Assembly (NCBI GenBank): GCA_030770535.1
Contig: JASVEC010000011.1
Span: forward strand, 930,001-994,000
DNA length: 64,000 nt
Reading direction: 5' to 3'
From: Batkoa obscura
Taxonomy: Eukaryota
Shown here: one piece after another, positions 12,080 to 25,987 of the stretch
Numbering within the stretch: the stretch's first letter is position 1
How the letters are laid out: each line of letters opens with the position of its first letter
Program-made: the position numbers and the translations under genes
The notes under the pieces: model-generated
Seen by the model: only the letters and a program-made list of their open reading frames with translations
The model's database searches: none
Told to the model about the DNA's origin: nothing

Positions 12080-14164
12080 TTAAGCGGAATTTAAGTTGTA
12101 AAGTTTAGGTTGAATTAAATCATTTAATACACCTTCAACTAAAGTTTTGACAGTTTCTTTAAGTTTTGTATATTCTTCTTCCAATTTACTAAACTCGAAC
12201 TCTTTAATTTGAGAAGGTTGACACAACTCAGAATAATATTTCAATTTAGGCTCTGTACCACTAGTTCTTAAGGTTAATACTAAAGTTGATTCATTGTGTT
12301 TTAATTGGAATGTAATCATCTGAGTAGATGCAGATACCGGTAAATCAGGCTTGAGATTAGATTTAGAGCTATCGTGGCCAATTGTTAAATCTCTGACATT
12401 AACAATTTCTAATCCACCAGCTGATTTAGGATAGTCCAATTCTGTTGATTCATTAGATGAGTATCTGATCCCATTGAAAATCTTATCGAATATAGTTGCA
12501 TCATTGCAGAAGTAATAGGAATTATAGTCAACGAATACATTATATCTAAGTTAACTTAATTAGTACAACATAGGTTATATAAACAACCCATTACCTATGA
12601 TATAATTCCATAAGATAAGAATAAACTGATTTGTTTTCGTTATTTAGTCTTGTAGCTAATTCAACAAAAGTAACCATAGCTGATATACCATCTTTATCTT
12701 TTACCATATCACCTACCATGTAACCTATAGCTTCTTCAAATGCAAATAATGGCTTTTTGCCTTCTTTTTCTAAGTCCATGGCAGCATTACCCATCCATTT
12801 AAACCCAGTTAAAGTTTCTTTAAATTGAAAACCTTCTTTCTCACCCATAGAAGAAATCATTTTTGATGATACAGTACTTGCAATCATTACCGCATTTGAT
12901 TCTTTAAACTTATTTAGAGATAATTAATATATTGTTACTATCATCTTACCTTTTCCTCTATGTTTTTCCCATACCTGTGCAGCTAATAAAGTACCAATTT
13001 GGTTACCGGTGTATTGAATCCATCTGCCATCAGACAACTTTTCAGCACATGCAAAACGATCAGCATCAGGATCATTAGCTAAAACATATTGTGCTCCTTC
13101 CTTCTCAGCTTGTTCTAATGCTAAGTTTAATGCACCTTTTTCTTCTGGATTTGGGAATGGCACAGTTGGGAAATCTGGATCACAATCATACTATACGCTA
13201 TTAAAATTTTGCATTGAAATCATGAAATTTATTACCTGTTGTGCGACCTTAATGAATTTGTTTTCTGGAACATTGAACTTTTCAAATGCGAATTTAGCAG
13301 CTGGGCCACCTACTCCATGCATGGCAGTATAAACAAATTTTGGAATAGTTGAAAATTTATTATTTAAATTGGCACCAAACATTGATAATCCCTTTAAGTC
13401 TTCAAAATATTTTTCATAAATACTCTTGTAAGGATCGGTGCATAAATCAGATTCATCACATAATGAGGTATCCCAACACCAAGGCATTGCATTATTTTCT
13501 ATTTCTTTAGCAATTCCTTTATCATGAGGTTCAACAATTTGGCAGGCATTTTCCCAATAAACTTTATATCCATTATCTAACTTTGGATTATGAGAAGCCG
13601 TAATCATAACACCACATGCTGCACCTAATTCTTTGATACCAAATGGTACTAATGGAGTGTGAACAAGTTTGCTATATAGATAGACTTTAAAGCCCTTAGT
13701 TAAGAAGGCAGCAGCAGTTAACTTGGCGAATCTTTCTGAATTATAACGATGATCATAACCAATCACAATTCCTCTTGATAAAGCGTCTTTAACTGTCTTA
13801 CTTACATACTCACTTAATCCTTGACTTGCTTGTATAACAGTTAAATCATTCATTCTGGAAAAACCTCCTTCCATTCTAGCACGTAATCCTTTATTTTACA
13901 TTAGTCAAAATAAATAGGTTGAAAATTTCAATTACCAGCAGTCCCAAATGTAATAGGTTCTCTTAATAACTCTTCTAATTTTTGGAAGTTTTGCTCTTTT
14001 AATAAGTCATCTATATATTTTAAAGTAGTTGGATTCTAAAAAAGTATAAATATAGTAAAGAAACATAACAGTATACTTACTTTATCTAAACGCATCCATT
14101 CTTTAGCTAACTCTTGGATAGTTGAATCCTTAAAGTCAATTTTATATTGTTGAATTCCACTCAT
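12080..14164 (-). CDS. PGM2: Phosphoglucomutase-2 / phosphopentomutase (PGM2/PRM15-like), multi-exon
   Basis: FGTAGLR, ITASHNP (phosphoserine loop), NDPDADR (metal loop), [20 protein letters not shown] introns join the ORF pieces; ATG at 14164. Confidence 0.95.
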
Positions 14165-14762
14165 AATTGAATTTTTATAAAAATATTTCGTTTGATGTTT
14201 TTTAAACTTTTTATATCCTTGAAATTGGAAAAATTTGATTGGAGAACAAAATTATACATTTTATTAATAAAATTTAAAAATAATCACATCCTGTGAAAAT
14301 ATGACTTAGGTTATTTGTAAATAATTCTTCTCTAATAGATTATTGTAATACTTTACTTTAAACATGTTGACAGTTTGAATTGCTTTATATACTGATTTTT
14401 AGAAATAAACTAGAAGTGAGTGACGTTTTTAAATAGATATTCAAATGATGTAACTTATATCATTTTATAATTTTGAGTCAACTAATATGGCTTTTGATAT
14501 ATAGTTCTATAGTATTTTTGTTTATTTAAATGATCTAAAAGAGAATTCTAGATAATACTAAAGAATATGCTCTATTATAAGTAATATATTATTTACGATA
14601 TTATCTTGTTTATCAAATAAGTAATCTCATATGATTCTAATTGGTTAAAAATAACCCAAATTTTCAAAAACGGAATTTGAAACCAAAGAACGAACTGCCA
14701 ATCAAAAGCGCTTTATAGTCTCCACAATTGAAGCTAACCATTACAGTTTAAAAATAAATCAA

Positions 14763-15992
14763 ATGGATGAAGGAAACCGGTATACTCGCTCAAAGCATAT
14801 GGATAATCGAAAAGATTTAGTTATATGGGAAAGATTCAATAATAATATATCTACTTTGAAGTCACTTCGAGTTGAAAATGATGCATATTTACTTGCTGTT
14901 AGAGAATTTAAAACAAAAATGGATGAAACAACAGGTAATGAAAAAAAAATTAAAATATTAGTTTGTTAACTGTTATTAGTTCCAGAAACCAAGTTGAAGA
15001 ATGAAAAAAGGTTTATTAGTTTAATTAAAGAAAGTAAGCTTTCAAATAAGAGGATAAGAGAGTAAATATAAAATTAAATTTCAGAAATTGCCTTATTCAT
15101 AAATTTGTAGAAAAATTCAGGAATTAAGAGAGGATATTAAAACAATTGAAATTATGCGTGATAGAGATGATTATAGTATAATACCAGGTAATAAGTAAAT
15201 AATATAATAATTCACAATTCTAAGTTTAAATAGAGATTGGATCGATTTCAACTCAAAAAAGAACTATTAATCATAAAGAGCAAGCTATTAAGCATGAAAA
15301 ACCATTTAGTAAATCTAGAAAGTTCGATATATTAGAATTAAAATTGAAGTTTACTAAATGCATTTTAGAACTGTCCCGCAAGCAATAGGATTTATTCCAA
15401 ATGGTTCAAAGGTATTTGCTTTGCTTAATATACAGAATTGATGTTAACAACATAGGATCCAGGTGGTTGCTAAAATGGTTGATTCCGATGACCCTAACCA
15501 AGAATGGATACTTGCCAATGTAATTCATTATTATCCAGAAAAAAACAGGTAACATAAAATGGTAAAATTTTACTAGTTTTAAATATAATATTTAGATATC
15601 AAATCGAAGACGCAGAAGTGGACGACGATGGGCAAAAAACGTAACTTTTTATTCTTATTTTAAGTATAGGCATTAAATAGTTTAGTAAATATATATTACC
15701 AACAAAATATGTAATCCCACTTGAAACAAAAGAATTAAACCATGAGTTTCCTGTTGGTCATGAAGTTTTGGCTTTATATCCTAATACCACTTGCTTTTAT
15801 AAAGCTACTGTTAAAGCTCTTCCTTCTCAGGTATTTATTTTAGAAAAATATAGTATTAATTAATAACATTTTTAATAGAATCGCAGTAAAGGACATCATT
15901 TGAACCATTATATGGTGTTATTTGAAGATGATGATGATACTGAACGTTGGGTTGAGAAAAACATGGTTTTAGATATGCCAAATATTGTATGA
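14763..15992 (+). CDS. SGF29: SAGA-associated factor 29 (tandem Tudor), multi-exon
   Basis: Exons encode EWILANVIHY, YQIEDAEVDD, FPVGHEVLALYPNTTCFYKATV, YMVLFEDDD. Confidence 0.92.
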
Positions 15993-16574
15993 AGTTACTT
16001 TTTTTCATTTTGTTCTTATTACCCTGCTTATTATTTAATTATGTTTATTATTTAAACAACTCGACTTTTGTTCTATTTTTAAGGTTATTATATTCTTATA
16101 CAGTAACTTTGGAAATAAGGGCTACCTTTGCAATCACTTTTTTATACCAAATAAACAAAGTGATAGCTGCTCATTATTTTGATTATTTTGTAATACTTAT
16201 AAAAGTTAAAGTAGAATATCATTTATTTATCAAATTCGGTGGGAAGCAGGTGTACAAACCATGCTATTATAAAAGATAATAAATTATCGAAGACTTTACA
16301 ATAGAAACTAGTAGATACATTATTATAATTTATACTATAGTTTAATGGCCTTTATATACTATACTATTGTTGGTTTATACATTTTACCACAATATCTTGA
16401 ATTATTTTTGATAACTGTAAATTAAAAAATTAATATATAAGATAAACAGGGGCCGGAATCTGGCTTTAAGTTATTATCTGTTTATAACCTTTTAGGTTAT
16501 TAATAATGAATTCGTTTTAAAAAATAATTGAGCATTTGAATATATAAATATAAAAAAAGCTTAAAGATCTATAT

Positions 16575-17183
<609 letters not shown>

Positions 17184-17524
17184 TTCTGTTTGACAGCAAA
17201 AAAATTTTACGCCTTGGTAGATTTTATTAATTTACGCAGCACAGCTAAATTGACTTTATGCTTTTATTTATCAAATAAATATAGTTGATATACTATATTG
17301 GTACAACGAAAATAACAGCAGCAGCAATAGCAACGAGCTTATAGTCTCTGTAAATATATATATATACTACTAATAATATATTGATCTAATAGTGTGAAGT
17401 TTTAAACGATATACAAATGTTTGTAGCTTAGGAACTATGATTTCACAAAATTTGCAACTGATAAAAAGTGTCAAAAATTTCTCATAAACTTACCTTTATT
17501 TTTGAAAAGGAAATAATAGCCAAT

Positions 17525-19678
17525 ATGAGCGGAGTACCAACTAAAGATGACACCCCAGAACAAATTGCCGAAAAATTAAAAGCTTCCTTGAATATCAATG
17601 CTAATAGCTTTATACCAAATGCTAAAGCTAAAGAGTTTGTGCCTTCATGGATGAACAAACCGGCTTCAAATGCATCTAAATCAGGTATTTTGCTTGCAAA
17701 TTTTTTAAAAACTTTACTTATATTTTAGTATCCATTGGATCTAGTGGCCCAGCGAAAACACGTATTTTGTTTATAATTTTACTTTGAACTGTTTTTAATA
17801 TTTTAGTATCTATCGGTTCAAGCGCTCCAGCTAAGGCTCGTAAGTACAATTTTACAGCTAAATGATTTTGCTAACTTTTTAAAAGTATCTATTGGTGGAA
17901 ATTCAGCCGAACCAGCTCCAGTAAAGAAAACTGAAGAGCCAAAACCAGCTCCTACCAAAGCTCCAGTAAGCAAAGCACCAGCTCCTACCCTCAAAGCTCC
18001 AGTAAGTAACATAACTGCAGAAAAGCAATCATTGAAGGATGAAATTGAAGCTGAAGATGAGTTAGCTCAAGAATTTTTAGAAGAAATTACCAAAGAACAT
18101 CTCAACGTTATTTTCATGGGTCATGTGGGTAAGTGGAACTATATTTATTTTTTGAGTTAATTATAATATTTTAAAAGATGCTGGAAAATCTACTATGGGT
18201 GGTAACATTCTGTAAGTATTATGATATTTTGTAAAATATAAATACCTAATGAATTCCATAGTTTCCTCACTGGTATGGTAGATAAGCGTACTATGGAGAA
18301 ATATGAGCGTGAAGCTAAAGAAGCAGGTCGTGAATCTTGGTATTTATCATGGGCTCTTGATTTAAACAGCGAAGAGCGTGCTAAAGTAAACATAGCATTA
18401 TGATATTATAGTAAACTAATAAAAATTTCAGGGTAAAACTGTCGAATGTGGTAAGGCTTACTTTGAAACTGAGAAGCGTAGATACACTATTTTAGATGCC
18501 CCGGGCCACAAAAATTACGTACCTTCTATGTTAGGTGGAGCTTCTCAAGCTGATGTCGGTATCTTGGTAAGTATTGAAATGCAATTGGATTCCTTTTAAT
18601 TTTCGCTTCACTTTAGGTCATTTCAGCTCGTAAAGGAGAGTTCGAAACCGGTTTTGAGCGTGGAGGTCAAACTAGAGAACATGCTGTTTTAGCTAAAACT
18701 TCTGGTGTTAACAAACTTTGTGTAGCAGTTAATAAGATGGATGACCCTACAGTGAACTGGGATCAAGTCAGATACCAAGAAATTGTTGATAAATTAACCC
18801 CTTTCCTTAAGAGTAGTGGTTATAATCCTAAGACTGATGTTGAATTCATCCCTGTTTCTGGATATACTGGTGCTAACTTAAAGGATCGTTTGGCACCTGG
18901 AGTATGTAGCTTCTATAATGGACCATCCCTTATAGAGTACCTTGATAATATTAAAACCACTGAGCGTAAAGTCAATGCTCCCTTTATGATGCCAATTATG
19001 GAAAAGTTTAAGGATATGGGAACTGTTGTCACTGGTAAGATCGAATCAGGTCATATTAAGAAAGGGCAAAATCTCTTATTGATGCCTAACAATCGTAAAG
19101 TTGAAGTATCTGGTATCTGGTTAGAGGAAGATGAAGTTGAAGTTTCAATCTGTGGTGACAATGTACGTATTCGTCTTAATGGAATTGACGAAAAGGATAT
19201 TATGCCTGGTTTCGTTCTTTGCTCAGCAAAGAATCCAGTTAAAGCATCAACTACTTTCCGTGCACAGTTGGTAATCGTAGAAACAAAGAATATCATTTGT
19301 GCAGGCTACGGTGCAATTCTTCATCTTCATTCAATCACCGAAGAAGTTTCATTAACCGTAAGGTTTTTTATTTTTTTATTTTATGATTTATAATACTGTT
19401 TAGAAATTGCTACATTTGATTGATAAAAAAACTGGTCGTAAGTCTAAGAGACCACCTCCATTTATCAAGAAGGGCCAAAAGGTGATTGTTGAACTTGAAA
19501 CTACTGGTGTCATTTGTATGGAAGCTTTTACAGATTATCCACAATTAGGACGTTTTACTCTTCGTGATGAAGGTAAGTTGACTTTTTTTATTTCTATGTA
19601 AATTACTAAATTTTTTAAGGTAAAACTGTTGCTATTGGAAAAATTACTGAAGTAATTGAATGTGAAGATAAAGCCTAA
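17525..19678 (+). CDS. SUP35: Eukaryotic release factor 3 (eRF3), multi-exon
   Basis: N-terminal PAM2-like motifs; GHVDAGKST, GRESWYLSWALD, DAPGH, NKMDDPTVNW, QLGRFTLRDEGKT. Confidence 0.97.
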
Positions 19679-20116
19679 GCTCTCAAAATAAGATTTCTGT
19701 TATAGATTAAATCCAGTAGTAAAGATTAAACTATTTTTATGTTATATTTGTTTTTTTTATGCTTTTGAGTTTAAATGTATATTGTACAAATTTACGTTGA
19801 TGTATGATAGTAGACTTATAATGCTCCTAAAATATAAGACAACTTAGTATATAATTTGGGACTACATAATTTAAGATATTTTATTAGAAGCTACTTAAAA
19901 TCTAATGCCAAAAAATTCATTAGGCGCTAAAATTTTACTCTCAAAGAGTCAGCACAACTTGTATTTGAAAATAGATATAAATTACATAAATATTTAAATT
20001 TATTTTCTTAAAGCAACATATATTTTATTATCACTTTATAACATATACAAATAAAGAATCATTTAATTTTAACAAGGAAATTCATTTGAAGCAGATACAA
20101 CCTAGTATTATCTTTT

Positions 20117-20359
20117 TCAATCATAATATCTTTCCTTAACAGTCCTATACTTTTTAAGAAAATAAAGCGCTTCCAATTCCTTAATGATAAACTGACCATG
20201 TTTAATCGCTTTATCAATGTCTTCCTTTGATTCTAACTCCTGATTCTTTTGGAACCCCGATTTTAATTTGTCCTTAAAATAATTGTAGCCTTTAGGGTAT
20301 TCCTTCCCCATATACAACAGTTGTTTATATAAATTGATTACTTCGCTGCGTCGATACAT
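20117..20359 (-). CDS. LYRM5: LYR-motif protein, LYRM5/ETFRF1-like
   Basis: LYKQLLYMGKEYPKG...KELEALYFLKKYR matches the LYRM5 signature. Confidence 0.88.
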   Translation of the reverse strand: MYRRSEVINLYKQLLYMGKEYPKGYNYFKDKLKSGFQKNQELESKEDIDKAIKHGQFIIKELEALYFLKKYRTVKERYYD

Positions 20360-20526
20360 TATTGATAAAGCATATTTCTATTTTACGTCATGTTTTTTAT
20401 ATTCAACCTAATAGCCAATAAAGTTAGCTGACTTAATCAGTGAAATTATTACATAAATTTGATTTTATAAGTATTCCTCTGATAACTATTAGTTTTATTT
20501 TTTTAAAATATCATTTCAATTAAACA

Positions 20527-21934
20527 ATGTCTTTCTGGTACGATCCAACTAAGCCCAAAGAAGCTATCCAATTGTCTGATGACCTTCAAATGCCAATCTT
20601 AATTTTCGTTAAAGGTATTGTACTATTTATACAGTTGTTTTCAGATTATATTATTTATTGTTACTTTTTATTGACAAATAACTAAATCTATTTTAGATGA
20701 TAGTCCAATATCAAATCAGATGGAAGAAATATTCGACTCTGGGAAAGTAAACAACTTAATAATTGTATTTATTATTTAATACATCTCTAGGCAAACCATG
20801 TTATTGAAGGGAAATATATTGCTTTAAAATTGACCCATAACACCGAAGAATTTAAAGAGTTATCAGAAACAGTAACTATACCAAAGGTCCCTAGTATATC
20901 TATATTTATGTAATTAATAGTTAGTTTATAAACAATTTAACCTTACAACCATTTTTTAAAGTGAAAGAAATATACGGGCCTTAATTGACGAAGTTAATCA
21001 AGGAGCGCCAAAATTAATAGAGGATTTAAGCACTGCTCTTAATATGATCAAAAGAATTGATCAAGGAGAAGACATTTCCAGTCTACAGGCCTCTATGGAA
21101 GGTAGTTCTAATACTTTAAATTTAAAACCTCTCACTGCTGAAGAAAAAGAGAAAAAGAAGGAAGAGTAATAATTTATTGATTTCCTAATATACTCAAATT
21201 TTTTATTTAAAACAGATTAAAGACAAAATTGGAACAACGCAGAGTAGAAAGATTAGCAAAAGAAAAAGAAGTAATGGATCAGTAGCTAATTTAATACAAG
21301 CTAACATGTTTTTAGGAAGAGAAAGCCAGAGAAGCTAGTAGAAGAAACATGGGAAAAGAAATATCATCGGCAAAGAAAGACCTACAAGACAAGGAAGCTA
21401 AATTAATTTTAGACAATAAAATTAGGGAGAAAAAGGAGGAACAAGAAGCAAGAAGAAGAATCAAAGAACAGATTGCTCAAGATAAAGCTGAACGTGCTGC
21501 TCAACGTTTGAAAAGTAAAGCTGCTATTAGTCAACAACAAACTTTAGAAGCTGATTCCAATGCTACAGCACCTAAACCAAGTTCTTCCAGCTCAAGGTAA
21601 ATAAATCATCTTGCTAATAAGCTGCTAAGTAACAATTTATAGTACACCAACAATAAGTAAATTAAGTATTCGTTTATTGGATGGTAGTGTCCAAAGAGCT
21701 GAGTTTAAACCTGATGACACCTTGAAGACGGTTATCGATCATATTGCAAATAATTTTATTAGCGGACAAAACTTTCAATTGTCATTATCCTATCCGATGA
21801 AATTGTTTACTAAAGATGATGAGAACTCTACTTTATTATCGCTCGGGCTTTGTCCCTCTAATTCATTGGTAGTGAAGGTATAAAAATTCGTTCATTTATT
21901 GCTAAATATTAACTAAATTTATTAGAAAGCATAA
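20527..21934 (+). CDS. UBX-domain protein (thioredoxin-like N-terminus, coiled coil, C-terminal UBX; UBXN4/Ubx7-like), multi-exon
   Basis: ARRRIKEQIAQDKAER coiled coil; IRLLDGS..FKPDDTL..SYPMKLF..LGLCPS UBX domain. The 3' end is either 21883 or 21934 depending on a last intron. Confidence 0.85.
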
Positions 21935-23488
21935 ATCATTGAAATAAAACATTACTTTGAAAGTTGTTTGTGTTGATTTAGCATTTATATAAATGGTATG
22001 TAATATGATTTCAATAGATTGCTTAATTCTTTAAAATGTTTTATTTTAATTTTGTTAATTAAATTGCAATATTGGTAATAGGGATATCGTTTTTATATAT
22101 ATGGTTGATAAGTTTAAAATAAAAAGTTATTATTATGCAATATTAACAGCAAACAATGTTTTTATTAGACTTAAGTTTTATTTCTATAATAAACTTTAAC
22201 AGTTAATGTTTATAACTAGTACTAACAATTAATAGCCATGAATTAGAAATCAGCAAGCTACATGTTTTCGTTTTATCTAGCTTAAAAAACTATTAAAGTA
22301 TGATCAAAAATCAAATTTATAAAATAACATCAAAGGATAAAAGGGTATTTATATTCTCTTATTTGTTGGGTATTGAAACATGGTATACGAATGAACTAAG
22401 TATGAAAGTACTATAAATGATTCAAAATAGTATTTTGTTTTTACAGGTTTATTGTCAATTCAATTTTTAAAATACAAATGATTAGTGTTTTAACTGAAGC
22501 AAAAAATATATCAGAAATATTTAAATCTCAATAGTTATTGATAAAAGTTTTAAATATAATATAATTATAAAATATTCAACAGGTAGACACAACTTATATG
22601 ATTTTTCTATAAGATTGTGTTTTACAGATAATTTAAAAGCAAATCTAAACTGTCAAAGGGGTTTATACAGATATTAATAAAACAATGCTAGCCCTCAGAC
22701 TAAAATTAAAAAACTAATTTTAAATTCTTTGAAGTTTTTTCTGCTAAAAGTGATAACCTGTTTGAAATTAATTCAAAAATGATATTTTGTTATATATTTG
22801 GACACAATAGTATTAAATGGCTCTAATAAAAAAGAAATTACCACTTATGTTAGTAATTTTATATTTAATTTAAATTATCTAAATAAACGTAACTTACCGT
22901 ACTTGACCAAAACCCCATCTAACTAAAAGAAGATAAATTATTATTCAATGCACCATGAATAACTGAAGCATAATTCTTTAAAAAAGCTAATTATAAATCT
23001 CTACTTTTGTTTATTTTTAAATATTAGAATTTCAATGGCTTGTCATTAGTCTAATAAATTAGCCATTACATCCTGGCTAACACACTGGAATAATTCAATT
23101 TTTCTCTACTTTTATTTTTAACGTGTTAATTAATATAATAGTTTATTTTGAAATAACTATGTTTAACATCATTTTATAATCAAAAGATACCATGTGGATT
23201 GATAAATCTGATTTAATGTTCCATATAATATGCAAGCTTTATAAAAAAGAGTACAAGGAGGTAACTAAAAGTCGAGAACAAATAAACAATCGCATTATTA
23301 TAATAAAAAAGTTACACTTACTAAATTCTCTCGAGTATAAGTTAACCGTATGATAAAGCAGGTTTAAGATACTAATTAAAGTATAAATAATCCCAGAGTT
23401 TAATAATATCAACAAATCTAAAATAGAAATGTATAAATGCGACCAATATGAATAAATATCACTTTATCTTTTTGTCAAAGATATTAAA

Positions 23489-25456
23489 ATGTTTCTTAAA
23501 TATTTGTTTCCTTTCTGGTTATCTCTCCTACTTTCGGTTTCTTGTGATGCTCAAAATGATCAAGCATGGAATGATCTTTTAAACAAAAAGAATGATTATC
23601 GTACTGTAGATAAAACCTATGATTACATTGTAGTAGGTGGTGGTTCGGCTGGTGGTATGGCAGCAATAAGATTGGCCAAGTATGGGTTTAAAACTTTATT
23701 GATCGAAGCAGGTCCTGAGCCAGAAATTACCTATAACATTAGTGTCCCAGCATTTTCACCAAGGGCATCTGAAGATGAGAAGATATCATATGAGTTCTTT
23801 GTCAAACATTACGCTGAATCCACCAATTTGAGGCAAAATGTGTTTTATCCAAGGGTTGGTGCACTTGGTGGATGTTCTATGCATCATGCTCAAATTGCTG
23901 TTTATCCACAAAGTCGTGACTTTGAAATGTTGTATCAGTTAACTGGTAACCCAGTATTCAAAGAGGCAAACTTTAGAAACAAATACTTCAAACCAATGGA
24001 AAGAAATCAATATCAATTTTTAGTCAGTAATAGCGATGACCATGGTTACGATGGCTGGTACCCAACCTCTTATATTGAGTACTTGAGATTAATCTCTGCC
24101 GATTTTTCATTAGTAAAGATATTGGCATTCTTAGGCGGCGACGCTTTCTTTGATATTAATGGTTATGACAGAAACAATAGAACTCAGCTTATGAGTGAAA
24201 AGGAAGGGTTATTTTTCATTCCACAAGCTGTAAACAATGCCAATTTCACCAGAATGAACTATATACTTCAATTACAAGCTGCTCGGGCCTTTAACAAATT
24301 AACTATACTTACTGATACTTTAGCTACTAAGGTTTTATTTGATAAGAACAAGAAAGCTACTGGTGTTGAAGTCAGACATGGTAGCTATCTTTATAAAGCA
24401 TCACCATTATATAAACAAAGTAATTTTGATAGTTCAGTAAAAAACACTTTCTTTGCAACTAAAGAAATCATTATTTCTGCCGGAGCCTTTAATACTCCTC
24501 AATTATTGATGTTATCTGGTGTTGGTGATGCTGATGAGCTCAAAAAATTTAACATTGACGTTGTTTCGGATTTGAAAGGAGTAGGTAAAAACTTACAAGA
24601 CAGAGATGAGATCCCCTACATGCTTAAGTTAAATAGCGATCTTAACCTGTTCAAAGACTGTAAATTTAAAGCTGATTACGATAATGATAGATGTTTCAGA
24701 AATTATATCAACTTTAAAACCGGTCCATACACAGCTGCTTCTGGAATTAGTGGTGAGACTTATAAATCCTTACCGGGTTCTAATGCTGCTGATACTTTTA
24801 TTATTAACACCCCTCTATATTTCTATGGTTACTTTAAAGGTTATTCCCAAGTTGCTTCTGAAAACACTCAGTATTTTACAAGATTAATCTTAAAAGCTCG
24901 TACTAAATCTCAAGGTTACGTCAAATTAAGATCAACAAATCCAAATGATACCCCAGATGTCAATTTATTAAAGTTTAACATTGGCGGTAAAGAAGATCTT
25001 ACTTCATTAGTCAATACTATTGAGTACATGCGTAATCAAACTAAAAAGTACCTTGGAGATTCCTATGAAGAGGCATTCCCAGGAAAGGAGATTAAAACTA
25101 GAGATCAAATTGCTAAATGGATCACTGAAATTACTTGGGGACATCATGTATGCTGTACTGCAAAGATCGGATTAGATAGCGATAAGATGGCAGTACTTGA
25201 TAGTAAGTTTAGAGTACGTGGTGTTACTGGATTAAGAGTAATGGATATGTCAGCTTTACCAGAGATCCCTGGATTCTTCCCTAATCTCTATATTCATATG
25301 TTAGGAAACTACATTGCTGACCAAATTTATGAAGAATCTCTTGGTAGATCTTCTAACTTTTCTCAACAGCCAAGTACAGAATTGTTGAATTCTATCAACA
25401 ATAATACTAATAATGAAGAACCTTTTGATCCTTTAAATCCCGTTATTGCTAATTAA
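23489..25456 (+). CDS. Secreted GMC oxidoreductase (copy A)
   Basis: Signal peptide, YDYIVVGGGSAG FAD-binding motif, GAFNTPQLLMLSGVG, GVGKNLQD, WGHH, RVRGVTGLRVMD; intronless. Confidence 0.95.
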   Translation: MFLKYLFPFWLSLLLSVSCDAQNDQAWNDLLNKKNDYRTVDKTYDYIVVGGGSAGGMAAIRLAKYGFKTLLIEAGPEPEITYNISVPAFSPRASEDEKISYEFFVKHYAESTNLRQNVFYPRVGALGGCSMHHAQIAVYPQSRDFEMLYQLTGNPVFKEANFRNKYFKPMERNQYQFLVSNSDDHGYDGWYPTSYIEYLRLISADFSLVKILAFLGGDAFFDINGYDRNNRTQLMSEKEGLFFIPQAVNNANFTRMNYILQLQAARAFNKLTILTDTLATKVLFDKNKKATGVEVRHGSYLYKASPLYKQSNFDSSVKNTFFATKEIIISAGAFNTPQLLMLSGVGDADELKKFNIDVVSDLKGVGKNLQDRDEIPYMLKLNSDLNLFKDCKFKADYDNDRCFRNYINFKTGPYTAASGISGETYKSLPGSNAADTFIINTPLYFYGYFKGYSQVASENTQYFTRLILKARTKSQGYVKLRSTNPNDTPDVNLLKFNIGGKEDLTSLVNTIEYMRNQTKKYLGDSYEEAFPGKEIKTRDQIAKWITEITWGHHVCCTAKIGLDSDKMAVLDSKFRVRGVTGLRVMDMSALPEIPGFFPNLYIHMLGNYIADQIYEESLGRSSNFSQQPSTELLNSINNNTNNEEPFDPLNPVIAN

Positions 25457-25891
25457 TTTTTAAGATTAAAGTTCAATCAAAGTTTGAATAGTAATAACAT
25501 TTCGTTACAAATTCGCTCTGTTTTATTTTAAAAATTAAGAAATTTATAATTACATAAAATATGTTAACAAACAAGATAGCTTTCATAATTTGATTTTACT
25601 GGTTTTACATTGTTTGGATAATGTAATGAATTACTTGCAGGTACTGCACACAAAACCAAATGCATGGTGTTTGTGATCTCACAAAGGATTTTAAATTGTT
25701 AATAAAAAACAAATCGTAGTAAATCATAAAAGTCTAATAATAATATTACTTTTATAAAAATATTACTTAAACAAAAGCATCGAAAATTGCTTAAATTATT
25801 CCCACTTTAATTAAACATGTCTTAAGAGATCCTAAAACTGATTAATTTTTTAAAAATATTTTATAAATCAAAATCAATAAATTCGATATAT

Positions 25892-25987
25892 GGGGATATA
25901 TTTTTGTTTAAGAGCTTTACTACCAATTCTTCCACTCAAATAGTGCTTAAAAGATGGAAAAAGTGATGAAGCCAAAAAACGCCCCCT
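25892..25987 (+). mobile_element. ~97-bp MITE copy 2
   Basis: GGGGATAT...GCCCCC(T) termini, ATAT flanks, consensus core. Confidence 0.85.

Noticed and set aside
16441..16485. Small GC-rich stem (ATAAACAG..GGCCGGA/TCTGGCT..CTGTTTAT) as an ncRNA
   Set aside because: Too short, with no recognisable snRNA or snoRNA boxes.
17468..17524. GTG-initiated N-terminal extension of eRF3
   Set aside because: ORF-caller alternative start; ATG 17525 gives a complete N-terminus with PAM2 motifs.
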